A DNA stretch of 64,000 bases, from contig CALVKQ010000003.1 of the NCBI GenBank assembly GCA_944332815.1, positions 72,419 to 136,418 on the forward strand, given 5' to 3'. The position numbers and the translations under genes are program-made. The stretch comes from an uncultured Clostridia bacterium. Lineage in GTDB: Bacteria > Bacillota > Clostridia > Christensenellales > CAG-917. The notes below the pieces were generated by a model. That model made no database searches and was not told the DNA's origin. It saw only the letters and a list, made by a program, of their open reading frames with translations. Positions 46,576 to 57,844 of this stretch are shown in pieces. Every line of letters starts with the position of its first letter. Positions within the stretch are counted from its first letter, which is position 1.

Positions 46576-48972
46576 ATGAACATCAAACACGGCATAATGC
46601 GACGGGTGTCCATGCTCATCAACAAGTTCACGGGCGGCACGGCTCAGAATCAGACAGGCGGCACGGCGCACGGCGAAGCGTTCCCCGGCATGGCGGAAGC
46701 GGCGCGCAAAGCGGCGGCGGACGGCAGCGTGCTGCTCTTCAACCGCGAAGCGCTCCCCCTTTCAGCCGACAGCAAAGTCGCCCTGTTCGGGCGCGTCCAG
46801 CACGACTGGTTTTACGTGGGCTACGGCTCGGGCGGCGACGTCAGAGCGCCTTATCTCGTGTCCCCCGTGGAGGGTCTGCGCGCAGCCGGCGTCGCCCTCG
46901 ACGAGGAAGTCCTCTCCGCTTACACGACATGGACGAAGAAAAATCCCGTCGATCAGGGGTTCTGGGGACATTGGCCGCTCTCCCACCCCGAGATGCCCCT
47001 TTCCGAAGAACTGGTGTCCGGGGCGGCGCGCCGTTGCGATACGGCGGTGGTGCTCATAGGCAGAGCCGCAGGCGAGGACCGCGACTCCAAACTCGCGCCC
47101 GGCAGTTATTATCTCGCCGCAGCGGAACGCAGTATGCTCGAAAAAGTGTGCCGCGCCTTCAAAAAGACGGTCGCGGTGCTCAACATAGGCTCTCCCATGG
47201 ATATGTCCTGGTGCAGGGAGTTCCCCCTCTCCGCCCTGCTCATAGTCTGGCAGGGAGGCATGGAGAGCGGCAACGCCCTTGCGGACGTGCTGACGGGAAA
47301 ACGCGAGCCGGGCGGCAGACTGACCGACACCCTGCCCGTAAGTTACTCCGACTGGCCTTCTTCCGCCTCTTTCGGCAATGCCAAGTTCAATAATTACACC
47401 GAAGACATTTACGTAGGCTATCGGTACTTCGAAACTTTCGCCAGGGACAAAGCCCTCTTCCCTTTCGGGAGCGGCACGGGTTACACCTCCTTCGAGATAG
47501 GCGCAGAAAATACGGAGTTCGACGGCAGCACGGTGAAAGTGACCGCCTATGCGCTGAACACGGGCAACCGCCCCGGGAGCGAGGTGCTGCAACTGTATAT
47601 CGCTCCTCCGAAGGGGAAACTTCCGCGTCCGTCGAGAGAGCTCGCGGCATTTTGCAAGACGGCGGAGGTAGCCCCCGGGGAACGCGCGGTCGTGACCCTC
47701 GCTTTCGACACCGGCGACATTTTCGCATTCGACGACAAGAACACGTGCATGATCCTTGAAAAAGGAAATTACGGGCTGTATCTCGGGAAAAACGTGCGCG
47801 ACGCCGAAAAGATAGGCAGCTTCGAGGTCGCGGAAGACCTCATCCGAAAGGTGCTTTCCGTTGCCGCGCCCGTGCACCCCTTCAAACGCCTTACGTCTGC
47901 GGACGGCAGCCCGGTGTATGAGGACGTCCCTCTTTCCGCGGTGGACCTCAAAACCAGGATCGCAAGTTCCCTCCCCGACGCGCCCCCTCGTCCGAAGACG
48001 CGGATATCTTTCAGTGACGTTACGGAGGGGAAACACACCGCGGAGGAACTTGCCGCCACTCTTTCGGATGAAGAGCTGGAAGCGATCTCGCGCGGCGATT
48101 ATACCATGAACAGCCCCCTCGGCGCGGCAGGCAACGCAGGCGTGTTGGGCGGCGTGCTCCCCTCCCTCCGCGAAAAAGGCATCCCTGCGGCGACCACGAC
48201 GGACGGACCCTCGGGCATAAGACTTGCCGCCACCTGCTCGCTGCTGCCTTCCGGGATATGCCTTGCTTCGTCCTGGGACACGGAAGGCGTAAAAGCGCTT
48301 ACCGCGCTAGTGGGTGCGGAAATGCTGAAAAGGGGCTCCGACATCCTGCTCGCTCCCGGGATGAACATACATCGCGACCCCCTTGCCGGCAGGAACTTCG
48401 AGTACTTCTCCGAAGACCCTTTGCTCACGGGCAAGATAGCCGCGGCGTACATAACGGGCGTGCAGTCTTCGGGAGTGTCCGCCTGCCCCAAACATTTTGC
48501 GTGCAACAATCAGGAGCGCCTGCGCATATACAACGATTCCAGGCTCTCCGAACGCGCCCTGCGAGAGATATACCTCAAAGGCTTCCGCATCGCCATCACG
48601 GAGGGAAAACCCCTCAACATCATGACCTCTTACAACAAAATAAACGGAGTGTGGGGACACTATAATTACGACCTGTGCACGACGGTGCTGCGCGGCGAAT
48701 GGGGTTACGACGGATGCGTCATGACGGACTGGTGGATGCGCTATGCGAAGAGTCCGGAGTTTCCCGGCGTGCGCGACAACGCCTACCGCGTCCGCGCCCA
48801 GGTGGACGTCCTGATGCCGGGCGGAAAGCGCACGGGAAAGCATAGACCGGACGGCACTCTCACCGCATCTCTCGGAAAAGAAGGAGGGATGACGCGCGGC
48901 GAACTTGTGCGCACCGCGGCTAACGTGATACGTATGCTCTCTCGCCTTAAAAACAAACACCCGATCCACTAA
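46576..48972 (+). CDS. Glycoside hydrolase family 3 beta-glucosidase-like enzyme with permuted domain order
   Basis: The catalytic barrel motifs (GIRLA, KHFACNNQE, nucleophile in CVMTDWW) lie in the C-terminal third. The alpha/beta-sandwich and Fn3-like regions come first. Start at ATG 46576 after AAGGGGG. Confidence 0.85.
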   Translation: MNIKHGIMRRVSMLINKFTGGTAQNQTGGTAHGEAFPGMAEAARKAAADGSVLLFNREALPLSADSKVALFGRVQHDWFYVGYGSGGDVRAPYLVSPVEGLRAAGVALDEEVLSAYTTWTKKNPVDQGFWGHWPLSHPEMPLSEELVSGAARRCDTAVVLIGRAAGEDRDSKLAPGSYYLAAAERSMLEKVCRAFKKTVAVLNIGSPMDMSWCREFPLSALLIVWQGGMESGNALADVLTGKREPGGRLTDTLPVSYSDWPSSASFGNAKFNNYTEDIYVGYRYFETFARDKALFPFGSGTGYTSFEIGAENTEFDGSTVKVTAYALNTGNRPGSEVLQLYIAPPKGKLPRPSRELAAFCKTAEVAPGERAVVTLAFDTGDIFAFDDKNTCMILEKGNYGLYLGKNVRDAEKIGSFEVAEDLIRKVLSVAAPVHPFKRLTSADGSPVYEDVPLSAVDLKTRIASSLPDAPPRPKTRISFSDVTEGKHTAEELAATLSDEELEAISRGDYTMNSPLGAAGNAGVLGGVLPSLREKGIPAATTTDGPSGIRLAATCSLLPSGICLASSWDTEGVKALTALVGAEMLKRGSDILLAPGMNIHRDPLAGRNFEYFSEDPLLTGKIAAAYITGVQSSGVSACPKHFACNNQERLRIYNDSRLSERALREIYLKGFRIAITEGKPLNIMTSYNKINGVWGHYNYDLCTTVLRGEWGYDGCVMTDWWMRYAKSPEFPGVRDNAYRVRAQVDVLMPGGKRTGKHRPDGTLTASLGKEGGMTRGELVRTAANVIRMLSRLKNKHPIH

Positions 48973-48998
48973 ATGACACAAAACGCACTTTACACATC

Positions 48999-49027
48999 AA
49001 AAACGACCGGTAAGACCGGTCGTTTTT
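48999..49027. terminator. Bidirectional terminator between the GH3 gene and nrdB
   Basis: AAAAACGACCGG-taaga-CCGGTCGTTTTT. Confidence 0.8.
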
Positions 49028-49101
49028 GATCGTGTTCATGCGGCGGCGGTTACGCGTGCGACTTTACGAACCAGGCGCACACCGACGCTTCACGGCACAT
49101 C

Positions 49102-50154
49102 TCACAGGTCGTCTTCGAGCGCGCTGGATTTTGCGTACGCCGTAGACCTCGCCTCAAAGAAGTCCGTCTTTATGAGGTTGGCGTTGGAGTACTGGCTGAC
49201 CCACGCCATGGAGGCAGGCTCGTGCTCATAGCCGTCGTAAAGGCTGCCGAAGCCTATGCCGTTTGCGCGCAGGTTGCCGAGATACTTGATGTAGTCCTCC
49301 ACCATCTGTTCGTTGAGTCCGGGGATGTCGTTTCCGATGATGTACTTCCCCCACTTTATCTCCTGCCTTACGCCCTCTCTCATCATCTCTTTGAGTTCCT
49401 CGACGGCGGCGTCCGTGAACAGTTCGGGCTCCTCCTTTTTCAATTCGAGGATCATGGAGCGGAAGAGCCAGAGATGGGTGTTCTCGTCGCGGTTGATGTA
49501 ACGGATCTCCTGCACCGACCCCGGCATTTTCCCGTTCCTGCCAAGGTTGTAGAAGAACATGAAGCCGGAATAGAAGTAGATGCCTTCCAGGATATAGTTG
49601 GCAATCATGACTTTGAGCAGCGTTTCCGCCGACCTGTCCTCACGGAACATATTGTAGATGTCGCCTATGAACTTGTTGCGCGCGAGAAGATGCTCGTCGT
49701 TCTTCCACTGATAAAGTATCTCCGTGCGTTCGTCGGGGGAGCATATGGTGTCCAGCATATAGCCGTAGCTTTGGGAGTGTATCGCTTCCTGGAAGGTCTG
49801 GATGTTGAGGCAGAGATTGACTTCGTTCGCGGTGATATACTCGCCTATCCCTGGCAGGTTCGCCGTCTGTATGGAATCCAGGAAGACGAGGAAGCTCAAC
49901 ACCTTGTCGTACGCTCTGCGTTCCGCAGGAGTGAGCGCCTTGCGGTAGTCCTTGACGTCCTGGCTCATGTTCACTTCTTCGGGGATCCAGAAGTTGTTCA
50001 TCGCCTGACGATACCATCCGCTCACCCAGGAATATTTGAGGTTGTTGAAGTCGTTGAGGTTGGTGGTGTTGCCGCCTATCATCCTGCGCTTCGGCACTTC
50101 GATGTCGCCGTTCTCGTTGAAAAGCGGTTTCATTTTGAGATAGTGTTTTTGCAT
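49102..50154 (-). CDS. nrdB: Class I ribonucleotide reductase beta subunit
   Basis: 350 aa. Di-iron/tyrosyl motif EAIHSQSY and EGIYFYSGF. Confidence 0.9.
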   Translation of the reverse strand: MQKHYLKMKPLFNENGDIEVPKRRMIGGNTTNLNDFNNLKYSWVSGWYRQAMNNFWIPEEVNMSQDVKDYRKALTPAERRAYDKVLSFLVFLDSIQTANLPGIGEYITANEVNLCLNIQTFQEAIHSQSYGYMLDTICSPDERTEILYQWKNDEHLLARNKFIGDIYNMFREDRSAETLLKVMIANYILEGIYFYSGFMFFYNLGRNGKMPGSVQEIRYINRDENTHLWLFRSMILELKKEEPELFTDAAVEELKEMMREGVRQEIKWGKYIIGNDIPGLNEQMVEDYIKYLGNLRANGIGFGSLYDGYEHEPASMAWVSQYSNANLIKTDFFEARSTAYAKSSALEDDL

Positions 50155-50218
50155 ATTTCCTCCGTATTTACGCTTTATGCCGTTATTTTGTTATGTAAAG
50201 CCCTTTTTCGCGCATATA

Positions 50219-52729
50219 TTATGCGGAACAGGACTCGCACTCCTCCACTTCGAGGGACTTGGAGCGGATGTAATAAATGGTCTTCACTCCCTCTTCCCAT
50301 GCGGTGATGTACAAGCTCAGCACCTGGCGCATGGTGTAGTCGTTGGTGATGTAGAGGTTGAGGGACTGCGCCTGATCGACGTGACGCTGTCTGACGCCTG
50401 CCGCCCTCACCGTCCAATGCTGGTCGATGAGATGCGCGTTCTTGTACAGCCAGTAAGTGGCAGGCGAAAGTTCGGGGGCGACGCGAGGTATCATCGCGCC
50501 CTTCTTTTCCTCGAAGAAGAACTTCTTCATCACGGGGTCCAGCCCTGCCGTCGTCCCTGCTATTATGGACGTGGAGGACGTGGGTGCAACGGCGATGAGG
50601 TAAGAGTTGCGGAGCCCCTGCGTTTTCACTTTCTCTTTGAGCGCCTGCCATGCGGAAGAGGTGTAGGCGCGCTTGTCGAAGTAGGCGCCCGTCTGCCAAT
50701 CCGAACCCTCGAAGTAGAGATAACTGCCCTTCTCCTTTGCCAGATCGGAGCTCGCCTCTATGGCGAAGTAATTTATCTTCTCGAACACCTTGTCCGCGAA
50801 CGCGAGGTGATCCTCGCTCTCCCACTTTATGCCGTTTTTGACCAGCATGTGGTGATAGCCGGACACCCCGAGCCCTATGGGGCGGTACTTCTTGTTGTTG
50901 AGTTTTGCGTACTCGACGGGATAGAAATTGAGGTCTATCACGTTGTCCAGCGCGCGCACCGCCGTGCGCACCACCGAGCGCAGTTCCCCATCGTCGTTGA
51001 CGTTGATGTTGCCGAGCACCAGCGAGGCGAGATTGCACACCACGAACTCTCCGGGTCTGGTGGTCTGCACCACCACCTCCTCGCCGTCCGACAACACTAT
51101 CTCGCGCGACACCAGCTCTATCGGCGACATGTTCTGCGCTATCTCCGTGCACAGGTTGGAACAATATATCATGCCCTTATGCGGATTGGGGTTCATGCGG
51201 TTGACGTGGTCGCGGTTGAAACAGAAAGGCGTGCCCGTTTCCACGGCGGATTTGAGTATGAGGCGCACCACCTCTTTGACGGGGATGGCGCGTTTGGATA
51301 TCCTGTCGTCGTTCACGCAGTCGAAATACTTCTGCTCCCACTCCTGACCGAAGCTGTCTTCGAGGTGATAGCCTTTCACGAGGAATATCTCGTGGGGGCA
51401 CATCATATACCACATCCCGTTTATGTTGTCGCGCGCCATCTTCCAGAAAAGGTCGGGATAACACACCGCAGGGAACACGTCGTGGGCTTTCATGCGGTCG
51501 TCGCCGTTGTTGGTGCGCAGCTGCAAAAACTCGGGCAGGTCCTTATGCCACGCGTCGAGATAGACCGCCACCGCGCCCTGGCGCATCCCCAGCTGATCCA
51601 CCGCGACCGCCGTATCGTTGACTATCTTTATCCAACGTATCACGCCGCCTGCCGCGCCCTGGAACCCTCTTATCGACGCGCCCGTCGCGCGCACTTTGCC
51701 GAAATACAGCCCCATTCCGCCGCCGAATTTGCTGACCTTGGAAAAGTTGTCTATGCTGCGGTAGATGCCGTCCAAGGAGTCGGGCACCGTGTCGATAAAG
51801 CAGCTGGAAAGCTGATGATAAGGCTTGCGCGAATTGGAGAGCGTGGGCGTCGCCACCGTGACGCGCAGCATGGACAGCATGTCGTAAAACTCCTTCACGC
51901 GGCTGAGCCTATCCTTTTCAAGCATACCGAGATGCATCGCGATGCCCATGAACATCTCCTGCGGCGTTTCAAGCAGAGTCCCGTCAAAGTCATGGATGAC
52001 ATACCTTTTCAGGACGAGCTGCAAGGAGGAATAAGTGAACAGTTTGTCGCGTTCCCTGTCCATCATGCTCTCGCACGCTCTCACTTCCTCCTCCGAATAA
52101 TGTTCGAGGATATACTTGCCGTAAAGCCCCCTTTCCGTAAGGTAGGCGAGTTTGGAATAAAAGCCGTCGATGCCCCTTTCCTCTTCTCTCTTTTTAAGCG
52201 CGGAATACATATCCGACATGACCAGCCTTGCCGCGATGAACTCCCACTTCGGCGCTTCCTGGGTCGTTAGTTCCACCGCCGCGCGGACGAGCGACGCATA
52301 CTGCCCTCTCTCATCCGCCCCTTCGCGCGAAAATGAGGCGAACTTGGCAGCCAACGCCATCATGTCGTACTCGGGCTCGGGGAAATCCGACTGGATGCCT
52401 TTCAGGACCGCGTTCAGCCCCTCATCCTTAAAACGGGCGCATATCTCGTTGCGGTAAGCCCTGGCTTTTGCGCGCGCGTCGCGATAAAGGATGAAACTCT
52501 TCACCTCGTCGAAATACCCTTTTTCCATCAGGGTCTTCTCCGCAAGATCCTGCACCGCTTCCACCGAAGTGGGATAGTCGCGTATCTTATCGACGACTGC
52601 GGCGGTGAGCGCATCCAGCTCCGTATCGCTTATCCTGCTCCCGACGCTCGCAAACGCCGCGGCGAGCGCGGTGCGTATCTTCAAAGCGTCGAAGACTTCC
52701 TCTTTCCCGTCACGTTTGACGATGTGCAT
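50219..52729 (-). CDS. nrdA: Class I ribonucleotide reductase alpha subunit with an N-terminal ATP-cone
   Basis: MHIVKRDGKEEVFDALKI ATP-cone start, active-site NLCTEI, C-terminal CESCSA redox pair. Start at 52729 after AGGAGGAG. Confidence 0.9.
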   Translation of the reverse strand: MHIVKRDGKEEVFDALKIRTALAAAFASVGSRISDTELDALTAAVVDKIRDYPTSVEAVQDLAEKTLMEKGYFDEVKSFILYRDARAKARAYRNEICARFKDEGLNAVLKGIQSDFPEPEYDMMALAAKFASFSREGADERGQYASLVRAAVELTTQEAPKWEFIAARLVMSDMYSALKKREEERGIDGFYSKLAYLTERGLYGKYILEHYSEEEVRACESMMDRERDKLFTYSSLQLVLKRYVIHDFDGTLLETPQEMFMGIAMHLGMLEKDRLSRVKEFYDMLSMLRVTVATPTLSNSRKPYHQLSSCFIDTVPDSLDGIYRSIDNFSKVSKFGGGMGLYFGKVRATGASIRGFQGAAGGVIRWIKIVNDTAVAVDQLGMRQGAVAVYLDAWHKDLPEFLQLRTNNGDDRMKAHDVFPAVCYPDLFWKMARDNINGMWYMMCPHEIFLVKGYHLEDSFGQEWEQKYFDCVNDDRISKRAIPVKEVVRLILKSAVETGTPFCFNRDHVNRMNPNPHKGMIYCSNLCTEIAQNMSPIELVSREIVLSDGEEVVVQTTRPGEFVVCNLASLVLGNINVNDDGELRSVVRTAVRALDNVIDLNFYPVEYAKLNNKKYRPIGLGVSGYHHMLVKNGIKWESEDHLAFADKVFEKINYFAIEASSDLAKEKGSYLYFEGSDWQTGAYFDKRAYTSSAWQALKEKVKTQGLRNSYLIAVAPTSSTSIIAGTTAGLDPVMKKFFFEEKKGAMIPRVAPELSPATYWLYKNAHLIDQHWTVRAAGVRQRHVDQAQSLNLYITNDYTMRQVLSLYITAWEEGVKTIYYIRSKSLEVEECESCSA

Positions 52730-52741
52730 AAACTCCTCCTT

Positions 52742-52789
52742 CAACCACATATGGGACAGTGTGCGGCATCGCACCACAACATATAGCCG
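52742..52789. promoter_or_regulatory. Two candidate NrdR boxes (52742-52757 and 52774-52789)
   Basis: ccaCaAcATaTaGccg and caaCcAcATaTgGgac compared with my recalled consensus acaCwAtATaTwGtgt. Centres are 32 bp apart, between the -10 element and the SD. Confidence 0.4.
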
Positions 52790-52793
52790 TTAC

Positions 52794-52822
52794 ATTGTAG
52801 CAGAGGCGGTAAGGATTATCAA
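52794..52822 (-). promoter_or_regulatory. Candidate nrdAB promoter
   Basis: TTGATA, 17-nt spacer, TACAAT on the minus strand. Confidence 0.5.
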
Positions 52823-52909
52823 GCGTATTTCGAAAGAAAATATAAAGCGCGCAAAAAACGCACGAGAAATTTTTGAAAGCGCCGACCGAAGATCGGGCGG
52901 CGGACAAAG

Positions 52910-55616
<2,707 letters not shown>

Positions 55617-55623
55617 ATCTCAC

Positions 55624-57348
55624 TCACTTTGCGCGGTAGTCTGCTGCCGCGGTAAGTATACGTTGTTTGAGTTCGGGGGTGAGTTCGCAGGTGCTCTCGA
55701 TCTCCTTGAAGAAATCGGGGTGCTGCTCCTTCATCCACGCGATAAGCCCGTTCGCGAATGCGTTTATGCCGCTCGGCGACACGTTCTCCATGACGTGCCC
55801 GAGGGCGCAAACGAGCAGTACCACCTCTTCCGCCTGGGAATAGGGCTTGTATTGCGGCTGGCGGAGCAGCCTCATCAAACCCTGCCCGTAAAAGAGCTGC
55901 TTGCGCGTGAGCGCGTCCAGGTCGCCTGCAAACTGCATGAACACTTCCATTTCGCGGTACTGCGCAAGGTCCAGTCTGAGGGAACCGACCGCCTTTTTGA
56001 CGGCTTTGGTCTGAGCGTTGCCGCCCACGCGCGACACGGAAAGTCCGATATTGACCGCAGGGCGCTGCCCTTCGAAGAACAGCTCACTCTCCAGGAATAT
56101 CTGCCCGTCCGTTATGGATATCACGTTGGTGGGGATATACGCCGAAACGTCGCCTGCCTGCGTTTCCACGATGGGGAGCGCGGTCATGCTGCCCCCTCCC
56201 AGTTCGTCGGAGAGGTGCGCCGCGCGCTCCAAAAGTCTGGAATGCAGATAGAACACGTCGCCGGGATACGCTTCTCTTCCGGGCGCGCGTTCCAGCAAAA
56301 GGCTCAGCGTCCTGTACGCGACCGCGTGTTTTGAAAGGTCGTCGTAGATGATGAGGACGTCCCTTCCCGAGTACATGAAGTATTCGGCTATCGCGCAGCC
56401 CGAATAAGGCGCGATGTACTGCATGGGTGCGGACTCGCCTGCCCCTGCCGTCATGACGACCGTGTAAGAAAGAGCGTCGTGTTTTTTGAGCGTTTCCGCG
56501 AACCTCACGACGGAGGACGCCTTTTGCCCTATCGCAACATACACGCACACAACGCCTTTGCCCTTTTGGTTGAGGATGGTATCCAGCGCGATGGCGGTCT
56601 TGCCCGTCTGACGATCACCTATGATGAGCTCGCGCTGTCCTCTCCCTATCGGGAAGAGCGCGTCCACGACGAGCAGCCCCGTTTCCATGGGCTTGTTCAC
56701 GGGCTGGCGCTCGATTATGCCGGGCGCAGGACACTCTATGGGACGGTAACCGTCCGCGCGGATCTCGCCGAGCGCGTCCACGGGGTTCCCGAGCGCGTCC
56801 ACAACTCTGCCGAGGAACTCATTGCCTACTGGGACGCCTGCCGTCCTGCCCGTGCGGTGTATCACGCTGCCCGAGGCTATCTCACGGCAGTCGCCGAACA
56901 CGATTATGCCGCACGCGTCGGGGCGCAGGTCTTGTATCATGCCCTTCACGCCGCATTCGAACACGACGATCTCGCCGTAAGAAGCGTGTGCAAGCCCGTC
57001 GGCGGTGACTATACCGTCGCCGACGGAGAGGACCTTGCCCGTTTCTTCCGCGAGCGCTTCGGGCGTCCACTCTTCGAGGGCTTGCCTGATAAGAGGGATG
57101 ACGTCGTCGTAAGTCGCAGAAAGTTTGCCGAGTTTCCGCTTTAACTGTTTGAGTCTGCCGCCAACGCTCCAATCGTATACATCGGAGCCGGCTTCCAGCC
57201 TGAAACCGCCGGGGAAAAGGTCGCTCTCCACCCATTCAAGGGTGGCGTCTTCACCGTACTTTCCCTTCAAAAAGCGCTCGAAGCGCGCAAATTGCACGTC
57301 GGTGGGACGGGATGCGGAATAGAGGACTGCTTCAATCTTTTCCATCAC
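55624..57348 (-). CDS. atpA: F1 ATP synthase alpha subunit carrying an N-terminal delta(OSCP) C-terminal-domain-like extension of about 70 aa
   Basis: 574 aa. The alpha core runs from about residue 75 (DDVIPLIRQALEEW..VLSVGDGIVTADGL, GDRQTGKT). Residues 1-72, AVLYSASRPTDVQ..FLKGKYG..ESDLFPGGFRLEAGSDVYDWSVGGRLKQLKRKL, align with delta C-termini. Confidence 0.85.
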   Translation of the reverse strand: MMEKIEAVLYSASRPTDVQFARFERFLKGKYGEDATLEWVESDLFPGGFRLEAGSDVYDWSVGGRLKQLKRKLGKLSATYDDVIPLIRQALEEWTPEALAEETGKVLSVGDGIVTADGLAHASYGEIVVFECGVKGMIQDLRPDACGIIVFGDCREIASGSVIHRTGRTAGVPVGNEFLGRVVDALGNPVDALGEIRADGYRPIECPAPGIIERQPVNKPMETGLLVVDALFPIGRGQRELIIGDRQTGKTAIALDTILNQKGKGVVCVYVAIGQKASSVVRFAETLKKHDALSYTVVMTAGAGESAPMQYIAPYSGCAIAEYFMYSGRDVLIIYDDLSKHAVAYRTLSLLLERAPGREAYPGDVFYLHSRLLERAAHLSDELGGGSMTALPIVETQAGDVSAYIPTNVISITDGQIFLESELFFEGQRPAVNIGLSVSRVGGNAQTKAVKKAVGSLRLDLAQYREMEVFMQFAGDLDALTRKQLFYGQGLMRLLRQPQYKPYSQAEEVVLLVCALGHVMENVSPSGINAFANGLIAWMKEQHPDFFKEIESTCELTPELKQRILTAAADYRAK

Positions 57349-57832
57349 TCTCTTCCTCTCCCTTTTCCGCCTCGTTCAGGAACTGTTCGTACGCCTCGTT
57401 GACCCCGGGGGACATGACCGCTTTTTCCGCCATATCGCTGACCAGGTCGCGGATGTCGTCGCCGATGTCCGCTATCATCTTGTCGTGTTCGCGCTTCGCC
57501 TTATCGCGAGCGTCGGCAAGGATATCCTCCGCTTCCGCCTGGGCGTCGCGAAGGGTCGCGGCACGCAGGGTTTCCGTTTCTGCCGAAGCCTGTTTTTTCA
57601 GTTCGGCTATCTCCTCGTCCGCGGAGGCGAGCTTTTGCTCGTACTCTCCCTTACGCTGCTCTGCTTCACGGAGGGCATCTCCCGTCTTTTCCTCTCTCTC
57701 GGCGTAACTCTCCTCTCTCTTTTGCATGAACTTCTTGACGGGCTTGTACAAGATGAGATACAAGCCTACGCCGAGAATGAGAAGATTGAGTAGGTGCAGC
57801 AGTATCTGCTGCCAATCGATGTTAAGCGGCAT
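57332..57832 (-). CDS. atpF: Fo ATP synthase subunit b
   Basis: 166 aa with a single N-terminal TM helix then a long charged helix. Overlaps the atpA-fusion start by 17 nt. Confidence 0.88.
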   Translation of the reverse strand: MPLNIDWQQILLHLLNLLILGVGLYLILYKPVKKFMQKREESYAEREEKTGDALREAEQRKGEYEQKLASADEEIAELKKQASAETETLRAATLRDAQAEAEDILADARDKAKREHDKMIADIGDDIRDLVSDMAEKAVMSPGVNEAYEQFLNEAEKGEEESDGKD

Positions 57833-57844
57833 TGCCCTGCTCCT

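Noticed and set aside
57100-57150. Internal translation start that would produce unfused alpha from the delta-alpha ORF.
   Set aside because: Reading the junction codons (GGC GGC AGA CTC AAA CAG TTA AAG CGG AAA CTC GGC AAA CTT TCT GCG ACT TAC GAC GAC GTC) shows no in-frame ATG/GTG/TTG with an SD. This cannot be excluded experimentally.
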